From the IMG/VR virus record IMGVR_UViG_3300030106_002045: a DNA stretch of 20,000 nt; one strand, 5' to 3'. The DNA comes from an uncultured virus (IMG/VR IMGVR_UViG_3300030106_002045) (taxonomy: Duplodnaviria; Heunggongvirae; Uroviricota; Caudoviricetes). Position numbers and translations under genes: made by a program. This document shows, piece after piece, positions 9,019-15,571 of this stretch (positions within the stretch are counted from its first letter, which is position 1; the number at the start of each line of letters is the position of its first letter). Under the pieces are notes generated by a model that had not been told where the DNA came from, ran no database searches, and saw only the letters and a program-made list of their open reading frames with translations.

Positions 9019-9808
9019 TTTGTTGACCCATTCCTAATCCACCACTTTCTTTATATAACTTAAATTTTTCTGAAAGTAAAAAAAACGGTTGTCTTTTTTT
9101 CAAGATAACTTCTTTCCAAGCTTCTGATGGTTGTCCTATCTTATCTAGAAACCAAGCTAGTTTTGAAGCTTCTGCTAATCTTAGATTTACCATTTCTTGA
9201 TGATGTAGGTCTCCTTTTTCTTGTGGATTACCCTCGTTATATTTTCTTAATCTAAAAGTTTCATCATTATTATTACCAGTTATATCTGCTCTATCGTGAA
9301 TTACATTAATATCAACTTCTACCATTATATCTAATGCATAAGCAATTTCAGAGAGCCACGCATCATTTTGACCGTGTAGACTTATATGATCTAAACATCT
9401 AAACCAATCTCTTGGAAAACATGGAAAGATACTATAAGGATGTCCAGTTTGTTCTTTAAACTTTAATAAACAAAACTGATCTTCAAAATCCATAATCTTA
9501 TCATCCCAATTCTTAGTACACATTAAAGCATCGTCATTAAAGAACATTATCCATTTACCAGTTGAATATTGAGCTAATGTATTATTATATCTATGTAAAT
9601 TTTCGTAACCTATGGGATTAAATTGTAAAGCAATTTGATTTGGATATTTTGAATCTTTTAAATATTTAAAAGTTTCTAAGTCATCTTTATCTACACCGAA
9701 TAAGAATTGTAACTTATCGGGCTCTCTTGCATTATTGATTAATGACTCTACAGCTTTTTTTAATAAGAGCAATCTTTTACGAGTTGGTAAAAGTATAGAT
9801 ATGTTCAT
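8954..9808 (-). CDS. GT-A fold (family 2-like) glycosyltransferase; an alternative in-frame ATG at 9889 has an AGGAG SD
   Basis: N-terminal ISILLPTRKR strand, GVDKDD, and DxD-like WIMFFNDDAL; overlaps terL start by 65 nt. Confidence 0.8.
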   Translation of the reverse strand: MNISILLPTRKRLLLLKKAVESLINNAREPDKLQFLFGVDKDDLETFKYLKDSKYPNQIALQFNPIGYENLHRYNNTLAQYSTGKWIMFFNDDALMCTKNWDDKIMDFEDQFCLLKFKEQTGHPYSIFPCFPRDWFRCLDHISLHGQNDAWLSEIAYALDIMVEVDINVIHDRADITGNNNDETFRLRKYNEGNPQEKGDLHHQEMVNLRLAEASKLAWFLDKIGQPSEAWKEVILKKRQPFFLLSEKFKLYKESGGLGMGQQNARSSNQREIKVSYSDIPKDT

Positions 9809-9901
9809 GGATCCACAGTACTCAAATATAAATACAATAAAACAAAAATATGCCCGCCTTCCTCCCTGATACAACCAGTCTCCCGGCATATGTATCAACT
9901 C

Positions 9902-10543
9902 CTATTCTTTTTCTTTTATCTCGTAAAAAAATCTATCTGTATCATCTGTTACCCAATCTTTGTTTTCTACATTCCAGTCGTTTGTTTGGACTTTATAGTC
10001 TGGCACTTCGCTTCTCGTAGTGAATGAATTAACATTCCATAATACTCTATTATTTGGCTGAGCAGCAAAATTACCATTGTCAAGCTCCAATATATGAGCA
10101 CATTTATGCTCCTGAGGAATTTCAGAATGATCTGTATCAATAACATTGGGGTCAGGGTGACACCAATCAACAGTAAACAGATACTCACCTGTATAAAGTT
10201 TTTTATCTTTACCAAAATATTTAGCTCTTTGTCCTGTTAGAAAAGCAAACTCAGTAATGCTATGATGATAATCAAAGCTATTCCACAGCTCAAGTAAGTC
10301 GTTTTGCATATCTGGCACTTCTCGCCTTTCCATCTTCGCAGAAAAGAAGGCAGCAATTGGCAACCGCCAAAAGCACGCACCGTTCGGTAACATGATATTA
10401 AAAAGGATACCACGACCCTGTATACTTGTGAGACCGAAGATAACACAATCTTCGCTTTCTCCATGATGTTTTTGTTGGTCATATAAATACTCCTTGCGTA
10501 TTTGACAATATATTGGTGGAATGCTACTATTTAAAAAGGCCAT
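9902..10543 (-). CDS. Conserved-type marine phage hypothetical protein
   Basis: 213 aa, natural composition; motifs GACFWRLPIAAF, GEYLFTVDW, EHKCAHILELDNGNFAAQPNNR; function not recognised. Confidence 0.8.
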   Translation of the reverse strand: MAFLNSSIPPIYCQIRKEYLYDQQKHHGESEDCVIFGLTSIQGRGILFNIMLPNGACFWRLPIAAFFSAKMERREVPDMQNDLLELWNSFDYHHSITEFAFLTGQRAKYFGKDKKLYTGEYLFTVDWCHPDPNVIDTDHSEIPQEHKCAHILELDNGNFAAQPNNRVLWNVNSFTTRSEVPDYKVQTNDWNVENKDWVTDDTDRFFYEIKEKE

Positions 10544-10721
10544 TGTAAAGCTATATTACAAAAAAAAATATTTTTCTAGAGAAATTTATACGCATATAAG
10601 TCATTCTACACTAACTCTAGCTCTACCTCTAAGACTAACGCCAAATCGCCGCAAACTTTATACGAATTTTTATAAATTAAACTTAATACGAATTTTTAAA
10701 AAAAGTGAGAGAAAAAAAGAT

Positions 10722-10758
10722 AAAAAAAAACTAGCGTAAAATTAATTACGCTAGTTTT
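10722..10758 (-). terminator. Rho-independent terminator of the 129-aa gene
   Basis: Inverted repeat AAAACTAGCGTAA(10727-39)/TTACGCTAGTTTT(10746-58) with a 9-nt U tract on the minus strand, 15 nt after the stop codon. Confidence 0.85.
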
Positions 10759-10773
10759 ATTATTTAAATAATA

Positions 10774-11163
10774 TTAAAGACTTTTTATTTTTTCTTCGAA
10801 GAATTTAATATTTTCGATTATCGAATTATCGACTTTATTTTTTTTAATAAACTCTTTATTCGAGTTAATTAAATCTAAATATAAATCTTTTTTAGATTTA
10901 TCGATATACGAATTTAAATCGATTAATAAATTTACTTTTTTAAATCGATTATTTCTAGTCGTATCGTATTCTATATCGACTTTTCTATAATCGTTATTAA
11001 AAGCGTTTTCTATAGTAGTAGAAAATTTCGCCTTCTCGTAAATTATAAACGACTTAGTTTTATCTCGTTTATTATTAAATAATCTAAATAAAACTTTTTT
11101 ATCTTTAAACTCTCTAAAAGATAAAGCTATTTTATTCTCGATTATATTTTTCTTAGTAGTCAT
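10774..11163 (-). CDS. 129-aa protein in a CA/TG- and CC/GG-purged cassette; putative paralog of the 13649-14014 protein
   Basis: Has its own promoter, SD-like AGAAAGCGAG and terminator; gapless similarity of residues 30-71 to residues 56-97 of the 121-aa protein. Confidence 0.8.
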   Translation of the reverse strand: MTTKKNIIENKIALSFREFKDKKVLFRLFNNKRDKTKSFIIYEKAKFSTTIENAFNNDYRKVDIEYDTTRNNRFKKVNLLIDLNSYIDKSKKDLYLDLINSNKEFIKKNKVDNSIIENIKFFEEKIKSL

Positions 11164-11231
11164 TAGCTTTCTCGCTTTCTAATTCTTAAACTATTTTAAT
11201 TATTAAAATATTTAAATTTAAGAATTAACGA

Positions 11232-11260
11232 ATATTAAAAAATTTTTTTTAAAAAGTAAA
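11232..11260 (-). promoter_or_regulatory. Sigma70-like promoter of the 129-aa gene
   Basis: TTTACT(11260-55)-N17-TAATAT(11237-32). Confidence 0.65.
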
Positions 11261-11513
11261 TAGTTAATTTCTGTTGTTTTCGCTTGTAGATAGAAAGAAC
11301 AAAGATAGAACACTCGTTCTCGTTTCGTTCTCTTTAAAATAAAGTAAACAAAATCGATAACGTAAAAAATAAAAAAATAAAATCTTTTAATAAATAAAGT
11401 AACATAAGTATTATAATAAATTATTTATATCATTTTTATACGTTTTAATTTTAATTTATTAATTATTCTGTTTTGTCGGAAAAAGCTCTATCCTTAATTT
11501 TTTTTATTTCACG

Positions 11514-11615
11514 TGATCCTTGCGGATCAGCCCTGATCAACTAGATACTAGGATCAAGCTGGATCATCTAGGCTCATGCCACAACAAGCAACAGTCGCCT
11601 GCCACAACAAGCAAC
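11514..11615. repeat. Phased GATC cluster plus 16-bp direct repeat; candidate pac/terminus element
   Basis: GATC at 11515, 11525, 11535, 11552 and 11562 (GCTC at 11572); TGCCACAACAAGCAAC at 11577-92 and 11600-15; immediately downstream of terS. Confidence 0.7.
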
Positions 11616-11620
11616 CGCCG

Positions 11621-12070
11621 TCAATCTAGTTTATGTTCTGATTTGATTTGTTCTAGGTACTTGGCCAAAGCATCATCGTCCATGTTGTCTAGTGTTGAGT
11701 GCTGTACTTCCTTCTTTTCAACAAGGAACCCTAATAGCTGAGACTTCAACCTTATCGCATTGACTGCTGCTGTATATTGTTTCTTGCCACAAGCATCAAC
11801 ATACAGTTTATCTAGCTTTTCAACCTCTTTTGACACAGACTCACTGGTCAAGCGCCTAGTGTCAACACGCAATCTGTCTATATACTGGAGGATTTTATCT
11901 TTCTTTAAGTTCCGGGCAGCTTGTACGTGAGCAGAAGTTTCAGAGTAACCTGCTTCAACAGCCGCTTGTCTCTTACCTTTTCCTTGCGCTATACCCTCAC
12001 AAAACTTTTTTTCCATTGAGGATAAAGTCGCTTCGTTGGTTTGATGTATTTGGTCAATAGTTATCGCCAT
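11621..12070 (-). CDS. terS: Terminase small subunit
   Basis: HTH motif LSSMEKKFCEGIAQG..QAAVEAGYSETSAHVQAARNLKKDKILQYI, and AVNAIRLKSQLLG oligomerisation segment. Confidence 0.85.
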   Translation of the reverse strand: MAITIDQIHQTNEATLSSMEKKFCEGIAQGKGKRQAAVEAGYSETSAHVQAARNLKKDKILQYIDRLRVDTRRLTSESVSKEVEKLDKLYVDACGKKQYTAAVNAIRLKSQLLGFLVEKKEVQHSTLDNMDDDALAKYLEQIKSEHKLD

Positions 12071-12112
12071 ATTTATCCTAATATAGCGATTATTTTATGA
12101 TTGTAAATTGTA

Positions 12113-12394
12113 TTATAATCTCGATTTATGCCATGAAATTATATCTTTAACACCATGAAAATTTTTAAATTTAACATGCACACATCCTGTATGTCCATCA
12201 TCAATGTCAACAATAGTTTCGGGTACAACAGTTTGTTTACTATGGTAAACTGCTATGTTATAGCTTTCGTTTTTACCTCGACCTTGCAATCTGAAATCTT
12301 TTTCGTCTTGTTCAGTCATTACATAATCGCCATCAAGTATGCAATCTTCTACATATTTGTTTAACTTTTGTTTCATTATAGCTACAGGGTCCAT
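12113..12394 (-). CDS. Hypothetical early protein
   Basis: 93 aa; AGAAAGGAG SD. Confidence 0.75.
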   Translation of the reverse strand: MDPVAIMKQKLNKYVEDCILDGDYVMTEQDEKDFRLQGRGKNESYNIAVYHSKQTVVPETIVDIDDGHTGCVHVKFKNFHGVKDIISWHKSRL

Positions 12395-12428
12395 TAGTTC
12401 TCCTTTCTATATTTATTTATAATTATAA

Positions 12429-12457
12429 ATTATAGAAAGAAGAACAATATTAAACAA
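12429..12457 (-). promoter_or_regulatory. Sigma70-like promoter
   Basis: TTGTTT-N17-TATAAT upstream of the gene starting at 12394. Confidence 0.6.
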
Positions 12458-12464
12458 TTATCGT

Positions 12465-12668
12465 TTATTGTAATCTAACTTTTATGTTGTATTTGCTTAA
12501 ATCTTCAGGGTAATCGTTGTACCCTGCTTTAACAACAATAGTGTTTTCTCTAAAGTCTGTAATGTAATCTTTTAACTCTTTATCAGTAACACTACCCTCT
12601 TGATTTCTTCTTTCTGCACGTTCTAACCAAGTTTTTGCAACAACATCTGGTACTACTCTTTTGCTCAT
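12465..12668 (-). CDS. Hypothetical protein
   Basis: 67 aa, adjacent to upstream stop. Confidence 0.65.
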   Translation of the reverse strand: MSKRVVPDVVAKTWLERAERRNQEGSVTDKELKDYITDFRENTIVVKAGYNDYPEDLSKYNIKVRLQ

Positions 12669-12669
12669 A

Positions 12670-12897
12670 TTAACCTACCTGTTCTTGGATAGTAATAACC
12701 TCAACATCTACTTCTTTAACATTTTCTTGCTTACCAAGACCATCTGACATAACAGATAACTGTGTATGAAATGCTTGATAGATGTCGTGAAAAGTTTTAC
12801 CGTAACAATAAGCAGTTATAAAGATTGTAGTATCTTGATAACCCTCTACTTTGCTGGTGTCTTTATAACGAATAACACCTTCACATTTTTTACTCAT
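12670..12897 (-). CDS. Hypothetical protein
   Basis: 75 aa; TAAGGAGG SD. Confidence 0.7.
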   Translation of the reverse strand: MSKKCEGVIRYKDTSKVEGYQDTTIFITAYCYGKTFHDIYQAFHTQLSVMSDGLGKQENVKEVDVEVITIQEQVG

Positions 12898-12962
12898 AAG
12901 CCTCCTTAGCTTTTAATTTATTTATAATTTTAAGATAAAGAATAGATTTCATTTAAATACAA

Positions 12963-13337
12963 TTAAAGAGTTCGAGCAACATATTTAGACCATAATTCGT
13001 TTATATTGCTGTGCTCTATTAATTTTTCGTTATGAAAATCTACTTGCCAAATTTTAACCATCAGATCATTATATTTAAAATAAACGTCATACCGATATGA
13101 TAAATCTCCATGACGGTGAGGTCCTTCTGTTAGTCTAGCACCACCAGCTCTTCCATCTTTTGCTACATAACAAAAAGCAGCAGCAAATTCATCAGCTTCA
13201 AATCGTGGAAATTGCCAAGCTGATTCTTTGGCTTTATTAATCATTTGTAAAGCATTAGCAGGGTAACCATCGTAGTGATAGTAAACACTAAATGCACCAT
13301 CTTTGTCTTTAAAAGTGTAACATGCTCTAGTTGACAT
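12963..13337 (-). CDS. Hypothetical protein of the widespread phage 'MSTR...YxHxDGYP' type
   Basis: MSTRACY...VYYHYDGYP...YRYDV; GAAAGGA SD. Confidence 0.75.
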   Translation of the reverse strand: MSTRACYTFKDKDGAFSVYYHYDGYPANALQMINKAKESAWQFPRFEADEFAAAFCYVAKDGRAGGARLTEGPHRHGDLSYRYDVYFKYNDLMVKIWQVDFHNEKLIEHSNINELWSKYVARTL

Positions 13338-13479
13338 TGTTATCCTTTCTAAAAGATTCAGTTAATCTTTCTGATCTTTTTCTTTCTTCTCTTGCCTCTA
13401 GCCAGTTTATAATTGCAAGTAAAGTAACACCTACAAAGATAATAAATAAACCAGCTAATATTAATAACTCAAACAACAT
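13327..13479 (-). CDS. Small single-pass membrane protein (50 aa)
   Basis: MLFELLILAGLFIIFVGVTLLAIINWLEAREERKRSERLTESFRKDNNVN*; AAGGAG SD. Confidence 0.65.
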   Translation of the reverse strand: MLFELLILAGLFIIFVGVTLLAIINWLEAREERKRSERLTESFRKDNNVN

Positions 13480-13648
13480 ATCTTTCTCCTTTTTAAAGTG
13501 ATAGCCGACCCTTTCGTTTGTTACATAGACACTTATTAATGTGCCAGCCTGCTATCACACTCCTTTCTTTCCTATAGGGTTATAGCCACAAAGAATAAAC
13601 TCTGTGGCTATAATTATAGAATAAATTAAAATAATCATAGTTATACAA

Positions 13649-14014
13649 TTATTTTAAATCGTAAGTTGCTTTAGGCGTCTTATTAGGCGCACCAGCAGCA
13701 TCGATAACTTCGATTGCAATAAATCCACGTTCTCTATCCCAATCAAGATCAATAGTCTTTCCACCAGCCTTTAAAAATTCTCTAATTTTCATGCCAGTTT
13801 TGTATAGACTAAATCTCTTGTATCCACCAGATCCTTCTCTTTTAGGATTTTTTGGAACTTTGATTTGGATTTTAGCATCTCTATCATACTTATATGTACC
13901 CTTGAATTGTTTAGGATCCATAGCCTTACTTTTTACTTTAGCCTTAGGTTTAACTACTTCTGACTTTTTAGTCTTAGGAGTTACCTTAGGTTTTGTAGCC
14001 AAGTTAATAGACAT
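13649..14014 (-). CDS. Basic putative DNA-binding protein (Lys/Pro-rich arm plus NPKRxGS...DLDWD domain)
   Basis: 121 aa; histone-H1-like N-terminal arm; compact domain NPKREGSGGYKRFSLYKTGMKIREFLKAGGKTIDLDWDRERGFI; AGAAAGGAG SD. DNA binding is an inference. Confidence 0.7.
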   Translation of the reverse strand: MSINLATKPKVTPKTKKSEVVKPKAKVKSKAMDPKQFKGTYKYDRDAKIQIKVPKNPKREGSGGYKRFSLYKTGMKIREFLKAGGKTIDLDWDRERGFIAIEVIDAAGAPNKTPKATYDLK

Positions 14015-14088
14015 AACACTTTCTCCTTTCTATATTTATTTTATATATTTACTATATAAGCAACCAATTATAAATTAAAACAATAAAA

Positions 14089-14319
14089 TTAAACCTTAGC
14101 TTTATTAGTGTGAGTAAATCCTTCTTTTTTAGCAGACTTAACTCCTGCTAATCTTTTATTATCATCAGATTTATTTTCTTTTTTACTAAATTCATCAAAA
14201 TTTTGGTCAAGCCAATTATCAAATTCAAGTCTATCAAAATCTTCATCAATGAGACCCATATCTTTAGCTTTATCAAAGTATTTATCGACACCTTTATCTG
14301 TTTTAGGAAATTTAGCCAT
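14089..14319 (-). CDS. Hypothetical protein
   Basis: 76 aa, acidic middle part. Confidence 0.65.
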   Translation of the reverse strand: MAKFPKTDKGVDKYFDKAKDMGLIDEDFDRLEFDNWLDQNFDEFSKKENKSDDNKRLAGVKSAKKEGFTHTNKAKV

Positions 14320-14395
14320 AATTATTAATTTATACTATATATAAAAAATTAATAAATAAAATTAAACAAGAAAATCAACCTTGCGAGCAACCTCG

Positions 14396-14485
14396 GGTAT
14401 TGGCGGTATTGGCATAAAATAAGCTCCAATACCAGTTATTATCATTGGTATAATTGAATAGTAGTCGAAAAGGTATTGGTATTGG
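14396..14485. repeat. GGTATTGG repeat cluster in a non-coding AT-rich gap (candidate origin/operator)
   Basis: GGTATTGG at 14396, 14405, 14472 and 14478; reverse copy CCAATACC at 14426; flanked by very AT-rich DNA. Confidence 0.65.
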
Positions 14486-14653
14486 CTCTTTTTATATTTT
14501 TTCATTTTATTTTTTTCAAAAATATTTTCCTTATTAGAATAACGTGAATAATATAATTAGCATAATTATTAAAAAAACAAAATCTTTAAATATAAATATC
14601 ATGGAGATATTATCTTTTATACTATTATTTTAAAGGAAGTACAAGTATCTTAA

Positions 14654-14977
14654 TTATTCATTCCTATTTATTTCAAGTAAAGAAAGCACTCCAGAAACGG
14701 TATTTGCTACATTGGCAGTAAGAGATAATGTTTGACTTTCTTGAAGGATCAAAGGCGCATCAACAAGGTTACTATGAGTGTTAGAGCTTATTTCTTCAAT
14801 AGCAGTATTAAATGTATTTGTTAAATTATTTGAAGTTAATGTTACTAAAGTGTTAGCTCCGGAGTTAGTTATTTGAACACTTTTGATCAATGCTCTACTA
14901 TCAGATGGTGTTGTATAAATTAAATTAGCACCAGTGTTAGCTAAACTAAACATCTCATTTTTAAAAATATTTGCCAT
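14654..14977 (-). CDS. Beta-strand-rich, virion-structural-like protein
   Basis: MANIFKN...LIYTTPSDSRALIKSVQITN...PLILQESQTL...SLLEI pattern; GGAGG SD. Confidence 0.65.
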   Translation of the reverse strand: MANIFKNEMFSLANTGANLIYTTPSDSRALIKSVQITNSGANTLVTLTSNNLTNTFNTAIEEISSNTHSNLVDAPLILQESQTLSLTANVANTVSGVLSLLEINRNE

Positions 14978-15148
14978 TTATCCTCCTAAAAACCAAGTCT
15001 TTCTTTCTTCTTCATTTGATTGATCTTCTTGAAAAGTTGAATTTAAAATTTTAATCATATCTTGCAAATCTTCAATAAGTTGATCAAAATCAATTTTATT
15101 GTAATTTTCAGGTGCAGTATTTAAACGTGACGTAGGTATCTTTGCCAT
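14978..15148 (-). CDS. Small helical protein (56 aa, below ORF-track cutoff), partner of the downstream gene
   Basis: MAKIPTSRLNTAPENYNKIDFDQLIEDLQDMIKILNSTFQEDQSNEEERKTWFLGG*; stop abuts next ATG. Confidence 0.7.
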   Translation of the reverse strand: MAKIPTSRLNTAPENYNKIDFDQLIEDLQDMIKILNSTFQEDQSNEEERKTWFLGG

Positions 15149-15189
15149 AGCTTACACTATTCCAAATGTATACGAAAGTACAACAAAAA

Positions 15190-15354
15190 CTATGTTTCTT
15201 GTTCTGTGTCCTTCTTAATATCTTGTGCAACTTCATTAATTTTTCTTTGAATTTGCACCATTTCAATTGTTACTGAGCCATTAGCTAGTAATTCAGAAGC
15301 CCATTTGGCTTCAAGGTTTCGCTTCTGGTTCAGTTTTTGTTCCAGACTGCTCAT
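15190..15354 (-). CDS. Small coiled-coil protein (54 aa, below ORF-track cutoff)
   Basis: MSSLEQKLNQKRNLEAKWASELLANGSVTIEMVQIQEKINEVAQDIKKDTEQET*; GGAGG SD. Confidence 0.7.
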   Translation of the reverse strand: MSSLEQKLNQKRNLEAKWASELLANGSVTIEMVQIQRKINEVAQDIKKDTEQET

Positions 15355-15532
15355 GCCATTCCTCCACAGTTAGTGTGTTCATTTCATTAGGTAGATAGTT
15401 AGTCATATCTTCCCATCTAAAAGTTGTGACTGGCTCATTCCAAAGAGCCGTGACAGCTTTATCTAAGTTATCGCTTTCAACTAGGCCTTTAGCATAGTAT
15501 CCGTAGCGCCTAAATTGAAAAAACACTAACAT
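15311..15532 (-). CDS. Hypothetical protein
   Basis: 73 aa; overlaps downstream gene. Confidence 0.65.
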   Translation of the reverse strand: MLVFFQFRRYGYYAKGLVESDNLDKAVTALWNEPVTTFRWEDMTNYLPNEMNTLTVEEWHEQSGTKTEPEAKP

Positions 15533-15571
15533 TTATGTTAGGGCTAACACATTTTTATCGTTTTGTAAAGG

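Noticed and set aside
5999..10482. Alternative-frame minus ORFs 5999-6193, 8475-8672, 9967-10215 and 10237-10482
   Set aside because: Fully nested in longer genes, with no independent support
10708..11271. Explaining the dinucleotide gap by low GC content or UV-dimer avoidance
   Set aside because: CG, CT/AG, TC/GA and TT are abundant here, and equally AT-rich DNA elsewhere (e.g. 14490-14650) still contains CA/TG and CC/GG
11577..11615. 16-bp direct repeat as a mini-CRISPR array
   Set aside because: Only two copies, a 7-nt gap, and no cas genes; better explained as a protein-binding repeat
13498..13558. Hammerhead ribozyme or tRNA interpretation of the structured element
   Set aside because: No CUGANGA core and no cloverleaf/T-loop consensus; I recognised no tRNA or rRNA gene anywhere in the window
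10521..14078. Plus-strand ORFs 10521-10739, 11520-11741, 12155-12364 and 13791-14078
   Set aside because: They span terminator/repeat DNA or are antisense to real genes; no translation signals noticed
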